A stretch of DNA of 29,117 nucleotides from Nitrososphaerota archaeon (GCA_002713205.1 PAVW01000021.1:1-29117), one strand, 5' to 3'. Numbered from the stretch's first letter, positions 1-9,435 are shown. The notes: generated by a model from the sequence alone, not told the origin. A program made the numbers and translations.

Positions 1-105
1 CAGTACTTTGAGCTGGTTTGTCAGTACTTTGAGCTGGTTTGTCAGTACTTTGAGCTGGTTTGTCAGTACTTTGAGCTGGTTTGTCAGTATTTCCAACAGT
101 ATCTG
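1..105. repeat. 21-bp tandem repeat cagtactttgagctggtttgt: 4 perfect copies (1-84) plus a degenerate fifth copy; in-frame within the rps3 3' end
   Basis: Direct reading: units at 1-21, 22-42, 43-63 and 64-84 are identical, and 85-105 is diverged. The rps3 frame (codon starts at positions congruent to 1 mod 3 on the minus strand) reads the unit as K-P-A-Q-S-T-D. The window starts inside the array, so the copy number is a minimum. Confidence 0.95.
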
Positions 106-733
106 ATTTTTCTGTATTATCTTCTGTTGGAGATTTATTAAGGGTGAAATCAGAATTATTTTTTTGGGGTAATGCAATACAAACTTTAATACCAACAAGT
201 CCAACGTTGAGAAGAGATTCAACAGATGCAGAAACAACAGATTGAGATGCAGTAAATCCACTTTTTGGTACAACGCCAGCTTTATATTTTTCACAACGTG
301 CACGATCACTTCGCATCTTACCTGCAACAGTAATTTCTACTCCACGTGCACCAGCACTCATAATAATTCTAGTAGCCCAATTAGCAGCTCTGCGAATCGG
401 TGAACCTCGACTAATCGTTTGAGATAATTTACTAGCCATTATGTGAGCATTTAACTCGGGTACTTTAACTTCAGTTACGGATATTTGTGGATTAGGTAAT
501 TTAAATCGTTTCTCAATTGTCATAGTTAAATTTTGAATACCAGAACCACGCCTTCCAATAACTAAACCAGGTTTATTAACAAAAATGTTTAAAGATGTTC
601 CGACAGGAGTTTTTATTACGTCAACCGAAGAATAACCTGCATCCATAAGTTCTTGAGATAAAAAATCATCTAGTTCAGTAAGGCTAGAATTTTTATCTAG
701 AATTTTTTGCACCATATTACTTCGTGAGCTCAT
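1..733 (-). CDS. rps3: 30S ribosomal protein uS3 (partial; C-terminus runs off the left edge)
   Basis: Absent from the ORF track because no stop codon lies inside the window. There is a minus-strand ATG at 733-731, 5 nt after the L22 stop. My translation MSSRSNMVQKILDKNSSLTELDDFLSQELMDAGYSSVDVIKTPVGTSLNIFVNKPGLVIGRRGSGIQNL...ARGVEITVAGKMRSDRARCEKYKAGVVPKSG shows the KH-domain GRRGxGI signature. The gene occupies the S3 slot after L22 in the conserved operon order. The tail is a DKPAQST heptad repeat. Confidence 0.85.
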   Translation of the reverse strand, partial: MSSRSNMVQKILDKNSSLTELDDFLSQELMDAGYSSVDVIKTPVGTSLNIFVNKPGLVIGRRGSGIQNLTMTIEKRFKLPNPQISVTEVKVPELNAHIMASKLSQTISRGSPIRRAANWATRIIMSAGARGVEITVAGKMRSDRARCEKYKAGVVPKSGFTASQSVVSASVESLLNVGLVGIKVCIALPQKNNSDFTLNKSPTEDNTEKSDTVGNTDKPAQSTDKPAQSTDKPAQSTDKPAQST

Positions 734-738
734 AAATA

Positions 739-1200
739 TTAACCTGCAACAATTTCAACATGAACTAATTCATGAATAAAAGGAGTAGACCTGCCTTGTG
801 CTCTAGGTCTAAAACCAGGTATTTTACGTGCCCGATGAGCAGCAGCGTGAATTATACGAATATTTTTAGTATCTAAACCTTTGAAATCAGCATTTGATTC
901 AACTTCATTAATTAGATTTAATATATATTGAGCAGTTTTTACAGGAAATTTTCCAGCGTGGAATTTTTCTGTTGAAGTACGATGAGCTACTTCTTTTTTA
1001 TGTCTTCTGAAATGAACGGGTCTTTTTAGATTAATTACATCTTCAAGAAAAGTCAAAGCGTCAGATAATTTTCTACCGGAAATTGAGTTACAAACTTCCC
1101 TAGCAGCCTTTGGACTAACATTAATTTCCCTAGCAGAAGCACGAACATGTACTATAGGATTATAATTTTGAAAACTGTATCTATATGTCGGCATGTTCAA
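739..1200 (-). CDS. rpl22: 50S ribosomal protein uL22
   Basis: The ORF sits between S19 and S3 in the operon. The protein is basic, with ...ASAREINVSPKAAREVCNSISGRKLSDALTFLEDV..., typical of archaeal L22. The track start is TTG at 1200; an in-frame ATG at 1194 is an alternative start. Confidence 0.85.
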   Translation of the reverse strand: MNMPTYRYSFQNYNPIVHVRASAREINVSPKAAREVCNSISGRKLSDALTFLEDVINLKRPVHFRRHKKEVAHRTSTEKFHAGKFPVKTAQYILNLINEVESNADFKGLDTKNIRIIHAAAHRARKIPGFRPRAQGRSTPFIHELVHVEIVAG

Positions 1201-1271
1201 TCCATTTTTAATTCCATTGTCAAACTGTTAAAAATCAAAGTAAAACCAATATAACCTTTACTATTTGGAAA

Positions 1272-1664
1272 TTATTTGAGTGGTACATATAGACTTGACT
1301 TTGAAGCACCAATACCTGGAGTGCCGTGTGAGACTTTCTTATTAGTAATAGCATATTCTCCAAGATAGTGACCAATCATAGCAGGTTTTACTTCAACAGG
1401 GATAAATTCTTTACCATTATATACATGAATTGTTAAGCCCAACATATTAGGTAATAAAATAAGATCTCGGGAATGAGTACGAATAGTTTTAGAAGGATCA
1501 GTTTGTGCGTCCTTCAGCTCGAGTAATAGTTTTTTCTTAGTTTCAGAAAGATCTCTAGATAAAGAACGTCTTTGACGAGAAGGAAAGAGTTTTAACAATT
1601 CATCAAGGGACATTTTTTGTAGTTGGTCCATGCTATGACCTCTATATTTGAATTCTTTAGGCAA
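1272..1664 (-). CDS. rps19: 30S ribosomal protein uS19
   Basis: The sequence ...[61 protein letters not shown] matches the uS19/eS15 core. Operon position supports the call. The start codon is TTG. Confidence 0.9.
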   Translation of the reverse strand: MPKEFKYRGHSMDQLQKMSLDELLKLFPSRQRRSLSRDLSETKKKLLLELKDAQTDPSKTIRTHSRDLILLPNMLGLTIHVYNGKEFIPVEVKPAMIGHYLGEYAITNKKVSHGTPGIGASKSSLYVPLK

Positions 1665-1668
1665 GATA

Positions 1669-2424
1669 CTAAACCTCTACACTCCTTGATCTTCTTCTAG
1701 CTCTTCCAGGTCCAGTTTTACTAGCTGCAATAGATCCAACCTTACGGCCAGGCGGGGCATTTCTTGATGTTGAAGTACTTTGGTGTGGGCCTTGATGTCT
1801 TCCACCGCCAAATGGATGATAATGAGAACTCATAGCACAACCACGTACACGAGGATACAGATGGCCATAGGCTTTAGAATAATGATGTTTATTCCCTGCC
1901 TTGAGAAACGGTTTTTCGCGAATTCCACCACCCGAAATCGATCCAATACTAGCTCTGCAATTACCGTTTAGAAGAATACTTTTTCCTGAACGGAGACGAA
2001 CAACAGATCCAGATTCAGTTTTTGTATACAATAATGCGGAAGTACCTGCAGTTTTTGCAATAGTTCCACCATCTCCAAAGTTTCTTTCTATGTTGCAAAT
2101 TGAAGTTCCTTCAGGAATATCATTTAATTGTAAAATATTTCCATCGTCAATAGTAGATTTAGAACCAATTGAAATCTTTTGATTAACCGTAAGACCATTT
2201 ATTGCAGGAATATAAGAAACGTTATCATCAAAAATAATTTTAGCTAGTGCAACACTTCGACCTCTTTCATGAACTAAATCTTGAACTAAACCGGTAATTG
2301 TTTGACGAGGATTAGTAATGGGATAAGAAGCAGGTGCAATTTTACCTCGTTTATGACTCCTATATCTCATTCCACCTTTTCCTCTTCTTTGAACTAAAAT
2401 TCTTTTGCCCAAACTACATAACAC
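1669..2424 (-). CDS. rpl2: 50S ribosomal protein uL2
   Basis: [13 protein letters not shown]...[28 protein letters not shown] is classic L2. The track start is GTG at 2424. A TTG at 2412 would give the usual MGKRI... N-terminus and a smaller overlap with rpl23. Confidence 0.9.
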   Translation of the reverse strand: MLCSLGKRILVQRRGKGGMRYRSHKRGKIAPASYPITNPRQTITGLVQDLVHERGRSVALAKIIFDDNVSYIPAINGLTVNQKISIGSKSTIDDGNILQLNDIPEGTSICNIERNFGDGGTIAKTAGTSALLYTKTESGSVVRLRSGKSILLNGNCRASIGSISGGGIREKPFLKAGNKHHYSKAYGHLYPRVRGCAMSSHYHPFGGGRHQGPHQSTSTSRNAPPGRKVGSIAASKTGPGRARRRSRSVEV

Positions 2425-2680
2425 CTAGTTTATTGGCCAAGTCCAGAGCTGAATAATCAGGACTCAAAGTAACATAGGCTTTTTTACCTTGAATAGTCCT
2501 TGCAGTGTTTATAGATTTCACCTTAACTTCATATAGAATACTTAAAGCTTGTTTTATAGTGTTTTTATTTGCGTCATCTTTCACAATAAAAACTAATTTA
2601 TTGTTTTTTTCAATGCTATCAAATGATTTTTCCGTAATATATGGTTTCAAAATGATTGATGCTGCTTCATCTTCACGCAA
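2414..2680 (-). CDS. rpl23: 50S ribosomal protein uL23
   Basis: 88 aa, with ...ILKPYITEKSFDSIEKNNKLVFIVKDDANKNTIKQALSILYEVKV..., the L23 fold signature. Operon position supports the call. TTG start. Confidence 0.85.
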   Translation of the reverse strand: MREDEAASIILKPYITEKSFDSIEKNNKLVFIVKDDANKNTIKQALSILYEVKVKSINTARTIQGKKAYVTLSPDYSALDLANKLGVM

Positions 2681-3470
2681 GTGATTTCACCATATTATTG
2701 AGAGGTTTGGGAATATTTTGAAAAGAACTCTTTGTCCAGATTATTAATCGTCCAGGTTGTGTTCCTGGAGCAATGTCATTAAGATTAAGATTCTTAACGT
2801 CTAACAAATCAACACCAAGAAGATTAGAACAAGCAGATTGTAACCCTGAAGTCTGTGAACAAATGATTAATGGTCCTTTCTTTATTTTTTGGGTTCTTCC
2901 TCTCAATCTGGATTTTCCAGATCTTGTACGTGTTTTTGAAATTCGTTTAATTTCTTCGCCTAGTCCTAGATTGCGAAGTGTTAAAAGTACATCTTTACTT
3001 CGGCTCAATGATTCAATCTCATCTACGACAACTATAGGAAGATTTAATGAATCATTAATTTTGTGTCCGCGGGAGATAACAAATTTTTTATTTGTAGAAG
3101 TGGAAATGGCAGATATAATAGCTAAACGTCTCTCTTTTTTATTTAATTTTTTATGTATTGTTTTAGAGCTTACAGGAGGATGAGCTATACGACCTCGAAC
3201 TACTGATGCGACACCTGCAGCTACTCCTGATCTTGTTCCTCGGCTAGATTTAACACGAGATATTCTCGACATACCTCGTCCTGTGTTATACGATTCAGTA
3301 CTTCCTCGTTCCCCAGCTAGAGGGTCAGTACCATTGGGAACAAACATATGAGATTCTATAGCAACAGCTGCTCGATGTATAAGCTTTGGATTATATGGCG
3401 CAGAAAAGATTTTTGGCAATTGAATTTTATCTATTTCTTCACCATCTAAATTATATATTGCAACAGACAT
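2673..3470 (-). CDS. rpl4: 50S ribosomal protein uL4
   Basis: 265 aa, lying between L3 and L23. Contains ...GRGMSRISRVKSSRGTRSGVAAGVASVVRGRIAHPP..., typical of archaeal L4. Its ATG overlaps the L3 stop (TAATG). Confidence 0.9.
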   Translation of the reverse strand: MSVAIYNLDGEEIDKIQLPKIFSAPYNPKLIHRAAVAIESHMFVPNGTDPLAGERGSTESYNTGRGMSRISRVKSSRGTRSGVAAGVASVVRGRIAHPPVSSKTIHKKLNKKERRLAIISAISTSTNKKFVISRGHKINDSLNLPIVVVDEIESLSRSKDVLLTLRNLGLGEEIKRISKTRTRSGKSRLRGRTQKIKKGPLIICSQTSGLQSACSNLLGVDLLDVKNLNLNDIAPGTQPGRLIIWTKSSFQNIPKPLNNMVKSLA

Positions 3471-4477
3471 TATGAAAATTCTCCCTCGATCGTGCTAATA
3501 TGTATAATTTTGGGTTCTTTAATTTTATCACCATTAGGACGAACAGGATATCGAATAGTGAGTGGTCTTTTAGATGGACCAGGTAAAGAGCCTTTAAGAA
3601 TTATATAATCACCAGGGATTACACCAAAATGATCAAAGCCTCCTTTCGGAGTTACACTTTGAGATTGGTCATTACCAGTCAATAAAATTTGTTTATTATA
3701 TTCTGTTCTTTGATGAAATCCCATTTGACCTGCTCGTGGAACAGTATACATTATATTCCGAGGATTCCATGCACCAACAGTTCCAACCTCACGAACTGTT
3801 TTTCTAGATTTATGTTGTTTCTTTTTAATTCCAAATCTTTTTACTGGGCCTTGCCATCCCTTACCTTTTGTAATACCAGCTACATCTACTGACATTCCTG
3901 GTTTAATTATTTCATGTACTGAAATTTCTACTCCTAATTTATTTTTTAAATATTCAAACTGAGAAATCAAATCCCCTCCACCAACTCCAATTTCAATTAG
4001 ATAAGGTTTAATCTGAGAAATACCTGCCTTTTTAGGTAATATACAAATAAGCGCTGTAAACTTATGAATTTTATCAATATTTGTTTCAATTTTATTAAGT
4101 TGTGTTTTAAAATCACATTTCAATTCTTTCTTTCTAGATAATTCTTTTGGAAGTTTTTCACTATATATTTCACTAAAAACTTTGAGACCATCAATTGTAT
4201 TATAATAAGCTCTGATACCGGTAATAATAACAGGAGCGCAAGAAACTACAGTAGAATTGTTAGAAACCATTTGACCAAAAGTTGGTGATTTTTCTTGATT
4301 ATCTATTGATAATATATGAAGAGAGGCTGCTTTGAAAGCCATAAATCCTAAAAGTGTGGGTTCCTTCGAGTTTATAGTAGGCCAAGTTCTAGTACGAGCT
4401 ATAAGAGAACCTTTTCTAGCTCTAGGGCGATATGCCATAGAACCGTGCCTCGGTGATGAATGTGTTCTGTGTCCCAA
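3470..4477 (-). CDS. rpl3: 50S ribosomal protein uL3
   Basis: The N-terminus MGHRTHSSPRHGSMAYRPRARKG and the motif ...GKGWQGPVKRFG... are archaeal L3 hallmarks. The start codon is TTG at 4477, and the conserved N-terminus leaves no ATG alternative. Confidence 0.92.
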   Translation of the reverse strand: MGHRTHSSPRHGSMAYRPRARKGSLIARTRTWPTINSKEPTLLGFMAFKAASLHILSIDNQEKSPTFGQMVSNNSTVVSCAPVIITGIRAYYNTIDGLKVFSEIYSEKLPKELSRKKELKCDFKTQLNKIETNIDKIHKFTALICILPKKAGISQIKPYLIEIGVGGGDLISQFEYLKNKLGVEISVHEIIKPGMSVDVAGITKGKGWQGPVKRFGIKKKQHKSRKTVREVGTVGAWNPRNIMYTVPRAGQMGFHQRTEYNKQILLTGNDQSQSVTPKGGFDHFGVIPGDYIILKGSLPGPSKRPLTIRYPVRPNGDKIKEPKIIHISTIEGEFS

Positions 4478-4561
4478 ATTTTTACACTTTAGTTAAGTTA
4501 GAAAAACTTTAAATATATTTTTAAGCCTTTTGAAAAATAAAATATTAGGAATAAAAAACCA

Positions 4562-4873
4562 TCATAAGGATTCAACTTTCCAGATATAATGTCCAGAAAA
4601 ACCACCAATTCGTACTACTAATTTTTTAGTTTCTAATTCCTTGAGAAATCTCAAAGCTACAGCTGCATTTACATTCAAAACCTTTGCAGTTCCATAAACG
4701 GTTAACGCTTTTGTATTTCCAAAGACCTTTTTTAAGTTTTTTTCATCAATATTATCTGGTAAAAATAGATTATGACCCATAATTTGTTCACTACTAAAGC
4801 CTTTTTTCCCAGATTTTTGCGGAGTTTTGGTCTTATCCTGCCCCTTTGATGACATATATCCCTTTGATGACAT
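4562..4873 (-). CDS. rps25e: 30S ribosomal protein eS25 (winged-helix)
   Basis: A basic N-terminal tail is followed by ...KALTVYGTAKVLNVNAAVALRFLKELETKKLVV..., matching the S25e pattern (ITPY.LA.K..I..S.A...L.ELE..G.V). There are two in-frame ATGs (4873 and 4855) created by an 18-bp duplication. Confidence 0.65.
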   Translation of the reverse strand: MSSKGYMSSKGQDKTKTPQKSGKKGFSSEQIMGHNLFLPDNIDEKNLKKVFGNTKALTVYGTAKVLNVNAAVALRFLKELETKKLVVRIGGFSGHYIWKVESL

Positions 4874-4877
4874 ATAA
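4842..4877. repeat. 18-bp tandem duplication (17/18 identical) spanning the rps25e start codon
   Basis: The plus strand reads ccctttgatgacatatat (4842-4859) followed by ccctttgatgacatataa (4860-4877). On the minus strand this gives MSSKGY-MSSKGQ. Confidence 0.9.
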
Positions 4878-4959
4878 TTATAACATAAAATGGCTAAAAT
4901 AAACCTTTTTAATTTTTAGAAATAGTCATATTAATAATATTTAAAATGAGATATTTATT

Positions 4960-6711
4960 GTGGACTATAGACTAATAGCAGAAATATATTCACAAATGGA
5001 AGAAACACAAAAGCGTTTGAAATTAATCGAACTATATTCAAAATTACTTAAACAAACCCCGTCAAATATCATTAACAAAGTAATTTATTTGACTCAAGGA
5101 AAGATCTATCCAGATTTTTTAGGATTTGAATTTGGTATGTCAGATAAACTTATCATCAAATCACTAGGAAAAACAACTTCGGATTCACATGAAAAAATAC
5201 AAGAATATTATAATAAAGTGGGAGATTTAGGAGAAGTTGCAAAACAATCGATAATGAATAATGCACAAACTACCTTAACAACAGAACAATTGACAGTCGA
5301 AAGGGTCTATGAAACATTTGAGAAAATAGCAAAAACCAGAGGTTCTGGTTCGATTGAAATGAAATTATCTCATTTATCAGGTCTTCTATCTGACGCATCA
5401 GCAATTGAAGCAAAATATATAGTCAGAACACTAAATGGAAAGCTTCGATTAGGAATTGCAGATTATACAGTCTTAGATGCTTTAGCACTTGCATTTACTA
5501 ATAATAGGCAAAACAGAATAATATTAGAAAGAGCATATAATATCTCCAGTGATTTAGGAAAAATTGCATTAATCCTTGCAACAAAGGGGTTAAAACCGGT
5601 GCAAAATGTTGAAATCGAGGTTGGAAACCCAATAAGACCAATGCTTGCAGAGAGACTAAGTTCGTCACAAGAAATTGTTGATAAAATTGGAAAAAGTATG
5701 AGTTTAGAATATAAATTAGATGGAGAGAGATTGCAGATTCATGTAAATAAAAAACAGGTAAAGATTTTTTCAAGAAGATTAGAAGATATAACAAATCATT
5801 ATCCAGATGTTTCTGAAATATTTAGTAAGATTGATGTTGACAATATAATATTAGAAGCAGAGGCAGTGGCAATAGATAAAAAAAATGGATCATACTTACC
5901 GTTTCAAGAACTTATGCATAGAAGAAGAAAGCATAAGATTAAAGAAGCAGTTAAAAATTATCCAGTATCAATTAATTTATTTGATATAATATTCTTGAAT
6001 GATGAAGACTTAACAAATTCTAGTTATGAGAACAGACGAAAAATTTTAACCAGAATAGTAAAAATAAATAAGAAATTAGATATAATTCGTAATAAAATTA
6101 TTCAAGATGCTGATGAAATAGATAGTTTTCTTGAACAGGCAATAAAAGAAGGGTGTGAGGGATTAGTAATCAAGAATCTACAAGGAATTTATAGAGCAGG
6201 AGCAAGGGAATATCTATGGATTAAGTTAAAAAGAGAATACAAATCAGAAATGTCAGATACTTTAGATTTGGTAGTAATTGGAGCAATATATGGAAAGGGT
6301 AAAAGGGTAAATAGATACGGCGCATTACTTTTAGCTTCGTATGATAAAAAAGAAGATCTGTTTAGAAGTTTTTGTAAAGTAGGAACAGGGTTTTCAGATG
6401 AACAATTAAAGACAATCTACGAGAAACTTCAAGAAAGCAGAGTAAAGAATAAACATGCAATGGTAGATTCAAAAATGGAGGCAGATGTCTGGTTTAAACC
6501 TAATATTGTATTGGAGATTAGCGGTTCAGAAATAACTATAAGTCCAATTCACACATCAAATTTAAATGAAATAAGAACCGGTTTTGGTTTAGCACTTCGT
6601 TTTCCTGTTTTCACTGGCAGGATTAGAGAAGATAAACAGCCAAGCCAAGCCACAGCGACCACAGAAATCGTAAATATGTATAATAAACAAAGTAAAAAAA
6701 TTACACATTAA
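4960..6711 (+). CDS. lig: ATP-dependent DNA ligase
   Basis: 583 aa. Contains the adenylation motif I EYKLDGERLQIH (KxDG), then ...EGLVIK..., ...LDLVVIGA..GKGKR..., and a C-terminal OB-fold region. The start is GTG; the N-terminus aligns in style with archaeal Lig. Confidence 0.93.
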   Translation: MDYRLIAEIYSQMEETQKRLKLIELYSKLLKQTPSNIINKVIYLTQGKIYPDFLGFEFGMSDKLIIKSLGKTTSDSHEKIQEYYNKVGDLGEVAKQSIMNNAQTTLTTEQLTVERVYETFEKIAKTRGSGSIEMKLSHLSGLLSDASAIEAKYIVRTLNGKLRLGIADYTVLDALALAFTNNRQNRIILERAYNISSDLGKIALILATKGLKPVQNVEIEVGNPIRPMLAERLSSSQEIVDKIGKSMSLEYKLDGERLQIHVNKKQVKIFSRRLEDITNHYPDVSEIFSKIDVDNIILEAEAVAIDKKNGSYLPFQELMHRRRKHKIKEAVKNYPVSINLFDIIFLNDEDLTNSSYENRRKILTRIVKINKKLDIIRNKIIQDADEIDSFLEQAIKEGCEGLVIKNLQGIYRAGAREYLWIKLKREYKSEMSDTLDLVVIGAIYGKGKRVNRYGALLLASYDKKEDLFRSFCKVGTGFSDEQLKTIYEKLQESRVKNKHAMVDSKMEADVWFKPNIVLEISGSEITISPIHTSNLNEIRTGFGLALRFPVFTGRIREDKQPSQATATTEIVNMYNKQSKKITH

Positions 6712-6732
6712 TTTTTGGCATTAACTTTTTTT
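6712..6732 (+). terminator. Oligo-T tracts (T5 at 6712-6716, T7 at 6726-6732) immediately after the lig stop; candidate archaeal terminator
   Basis: Archaeal RNA polymerase terminates at oligo-T runs, and these T runs are read directly from the sequence. The call is weak because the genome is AT-rich. Confidence 0.35.
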
Positions 6733-6755
6733 ATATCCTATGCTATCATAACAAT

Positions 6756-7382
6756 ATGTTTTCTGGACAATCTGAAGAACAAGCAAGAAGAAAAATACTT
6801 GCAGTATTACTTGATGAGACTAGAAAAGTTCTAGAATCAGCAAGAGAATTAACAAATGTATATAAATTTGTAATCGAAGGGAAAAAAAAAGATATAGAAT
6901 TATCTATAATAAAAATTAGCAAGGCTGAAGACGAAATAGAAAGTTTTCGCAGAGCTCTTACAAGAGAACTTGCAGAAGTAGGCAGTATTATTATGAATCG
7001 AGAAGACTTGCTTAGAACATCATATGAAATTGAAGAAATTGCCGGATATTCAAGCGGTATTGCATTTAGACTATCTATTATAGATAATAAAGCATTAAAA
7101 AAAGGGAAAATCAAGGAAGAATTTAGTGAATTAATAGAAACATCTTTGGAATTAGTTCAAAAACTTAGTGAAATGATCAGAACATTATCAACCAACCCTA
7201 GTACAGTTATGGATATAGCACAAGATATGCAAAAAATTGAAAGAGAGACAGATACTAAATATAGAGAACTGGTAAAAAGAATTATGAAAGAAATCCCAGA
7301 TCCAAAAAATGCAATGATGTTAAAAGATGCAGCAGAACATATAGAGGAAATGGCAGATAGATGTCTAGCAGCATCTGATTAA
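6756..7382 (+). CDS. DUF47 / PhoU-like helical protein (putative phosphate-transport-regulator-related)
   Basis: 208 aa, predicted all-helical, with the C-terminal ...KDAAEHIEEMADRCLAASD motif characteristic of DUF47 (PhoU_div) proteins. No Pit or Pst transporter is adjacent in this window. Confidence 0.55.
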   Translation: MFSGQSEEQARRKILAVLLDETRKVLESARELTNVYKFVIEGKKKDIELSIIKISKAEDEIESFRRALTRELAEVGSIIMNREDLLRTSYEIEEIAGYSSGIAFRLSIIDNKALKKGKIKEEFSELIETSLELVQKLSEMIRTLSTNPSTVMDIAQDMQKIERETDTKYRELVKRIMKEIPDPKNAMMLKDAAEHIEEMADRCLAASD

Positions 7383-7398
7383 ATTACTGTAGTGGCTA

Positions 7399-7971
7399 TT
7401 GGATTTTAATATGCCTGAAAAAATCTATAAGGGAGAATTAGTCGAGAATAGAATAGTGGTTTGGAATTTAGAATCATCGAGAAAAATTTTCTCAGATAAA
7501 TATTTTGGTAAACCTCTAGGTATACCAAAGCCTAAGGGCGATGACTTTAATGCTCCGCTAATTTTAGATCTAATTGAAGGCTATCATCTGCTTGAAAAAA
7601 AGAAGATTAAAATTTTTGATAATAAAACTGGTAAATTAGTTTCTAAACGCAAACTATACGAAAAATGTGAAAAAGAATACACTATGTTTAAAGAGAAATC
7701 AATGGTATATAATGAATTAAGAAGATTAGGATATATTGTAACTCCTGGGATAAAATTTGGTAGTGATTTTGCAGTATATGAACATGGCCCAGGAATAGAT
7801 CATGCACCTTATATAATTCAGGTAATGATACCAGAATCTGAGTTATCGGCAACAGGAATAGTATTAGCAGGGCGTTTAGCAACAACTGTGAGAAAAAAAT
7901 TTTTGATAGCAATAGCAGATGATAGAAGAAAGCAAGTCGAATTTTTGTCTTTCGACTGGTGGAGAGCATAA
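7399..7971 (+). CDS. endA: tRNA-splicing endonuclease, catalytic (alpha-type) subunit
   Basis: The C-terminal domain ...GSDFAVYEHGPGIDHAPYIIQV...ATTVRKKFLIAIAD carries the Tyr/His/Lys catalytic-triad context of EndA. The track start is TTG at 7399; the ATG at 7411 (MPEKIYKG...) is more likely. Confidence 0.85.
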   Translation: MDFNMPEKIYKGELVENRIVVWNLESSRKIFSDKYFGKPLGIPKPKGDDFNAPLILDLIEGYHLLEKKKIKIFDNKTGKLVSKRKLYEKCEKEYTMFKEKSMVYNELRRLGYIVTPGIKFGSDFAVYEHGPGIDHAPYIIQVMIPESELSATGIVLAGRLATTVRKKFLIAIADDRRKQVEFLSFDWWRA

Positions 7972-8019
7972 AGCATAACTAGTTTTTTTATTAGGAGAAT
8001 AAAGGCAGTAATAATTTTA

Positions 8020-8814
8020 ATGAAAGAACAAAAAATGAAAGGAGTTGTTCAAGAAGATGATTATATTATTCTATTTTTGAATTCTCGAAAGAAATGGTTA
8101 ATACAAGTGAAAAAGGATAAAGAAATTCACACACATGCAGGGTTCGTTAATGGAGAATCTTTGATTGGAAAAAGTTATGGAAGTGAAATAGTTACAAATA
8201 CAGGAAAAACTATGTATATTTTAGATCCAAAAATAAGTGATTTTATTTTAAAATCTAAGCGTCCTACTCAAATTCTTTATCCAAAAGATATAGGAATGAT
8301 AATCAATTGGACTGATTTATCACCTGGAAAGAATGTCCTAGAAGTAGGAACGGGCAGTGGTTCGTTAAGTTGCTATATTGCCAATATAATACGACCATCA
8401 GGGCATTTATTTTCATATGAAATCAGAAAAGACCATCATAATGCTGCTCAAAAGAACATATCAAAGACAGGTTTATTGAATTATATTACATTAATTAATA
8501 AAGATATAAAATTAGGAATTGAACAAAAAGATATTGACGTGGCAATAATCGATGTGGGAGATCCATGGTCTGTATTAGATATAATAAAAAATAGTATGAG
8601 GTTAGGCGGGTCAATAGCATCAGTTTCACCTACTGTTAATCAAGTTGAAAAATTTGTGATTGAATTAATAAATCATAAATTTATAGATATTGAAACATAC
8701 GAAGTTTTGGTAAGAAAAATGGAGGTTAGAGAAGGAAAAACCAGACCGGCAATGAGAATGATTGGTCATACAACATATTTAACCTTCGCAAGGAAAGGTT
8801 TAGATAACAGTTAA
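8020..8814 (+). CDS. trmI: tRNA (adenine-N1)-methyltransferase, TrmI/Gcd14 family
   Basis: Contains ...RPTQILYPKDIGMIINWTDLSPGKNVLEVGTGSGSLSCYIA...IDVGDPW... The SAM-binding GxGxG motif and the TrmI-specific N-terminal domain pattern are both present. Confidence 0.85.
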   Translation: MKEQKMKGVVQEDDYIILFLNSRKKWLIQVKKDKEIHTHAGFVNGESLIGKSYGSEIVTNTGKTMYILDPKISDFILKSKRPTQILYPKDIGMIINWTDLSPGKNVLEVGTGSGSLSCYIANIIRPSGHLFSYEIRKDHHNAAQKNISKTGLLNYITLINKDIKLGIEQKDIDVAIIDVGDPWSVLDIIKNSMRLGGSIASVSPTVNQVEKFVIELINHKFIDIETYEVLVRKMEVREGKTRPAMRMIGHTTYLTFARKGLDNS

Positions 8815-8833
8815 GGTTTGCAAAGTAAAGTGA

Positions 8834-9433
8834 ATGAAAATGAAATCAGATATTATTGAAGACATATCATTTTTACTATATTTTATCCCAATTATTTTAA
8901 CTGCAGGTAGTTTTATCTGGAAAATTACAGAAAATAATTCTTATTTAGATGCATACTTGTTTGCGACAAGGAGTTCATTAATATTCACAATTTCAGTGGT
9001 GGTAATTGTTGGGGCAGTGTTACTAGAGATAAATTATACTACTGTAGAAAAGAGATACAACTTATTAGTAATGCATACGAAGCGAATGAGAAATCTTGGA
9101 ATAACTATATTATTGTTATCAATGATTGGTTCACTATTAGCATCAGGAAATTTGCTAGCAATTGGAACTTCAACTGGTTTATTCTTAACTGCGAGATTTC
9201 CAATAGCATTTGCAGCAATAATGTTTTTGCAATCAGCATTTTTGCGAGTGCCTTTTACTAAAAAAGTAAAAGAAGAAAAAATGATGATAAAGTTAATCAG
9301 TGTTATTTGTATTTTTCTTGTGCCAATAGTTTATTATACAGGTAATTTACTTAATTTGCCATTTGTAATTAATTTAATTATATCATTGTTATTTGTAATA
9401 TTTGGAATTTATTTATTCCCTCGAACAAAATAA
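8834..9433 (+). CDS. Hypothetical multi-pass membrane protein
   Basis: 199 aa with about 5-6 hydrophobic segments. I recognise no family. Confidence 0.5.
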   Translation: MKMKSDIIEDISFLLYFIPIILTAGSFIWKITENNSYLDAYLFATRSSLIFTISVVVIVGAVLLEINYTTVEKRYNLLVMHTKRMRNLGITILLLSMIGSLLASGNLLAIGTSTGLFLTARFPIAFAAIMFLQSAFLRVPFTKKVKEEKMMIKLISVICIFLVPIVYYTGNLLNLPFVINLIISLLFVIFGIYLFPRTK

Positions 9434-9435
9434 TT

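Noticed and set aside
1780-4000. Plus-strand ORFs 1780-1971, 1901-2182, 2773-3183 and 3689-3892, lying inside the ribosomal protein operon
   Set aside because: All are antisense to highly conserved r-protein genes, have no recognisable motifs, and their composition mirrors the sense genes.
4478-4561. Specific BRE/TATA promoter calls upstream of the r-protein operon, lig, mre11, the tRNAs and other genes
   Set aside because: TATA-like A/T runs occur at nearly every position in this AT-rich sequence (for example tatttaaaa at 4938-4946 sits only about 18 nt from the lig start). Without TSS data I cannot separate real boxes from background, so I report only positional divergent-promoter regions at low confidence.
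4846-4872. Two TGATGA motifs (C-box-like) on the plus strand, suggesting a C/D box sRNA
   Set aside because: They are the reverse complement of the duplicated rps25e start (TCATCA). No CTGA D box lies at an appropriate distance, and there are no terminal complementary stems.
6746-7114. A 122-aa minus-strand ORF antisense to the DUF47-like gene
   Set aside because: It is an S/I/L/F-rich low-complexity translation, typical of the reverse complement of a K/E-rich gene. The sense ORF is longer and has a recognisable family signature. I treat it as a shadow ORF.
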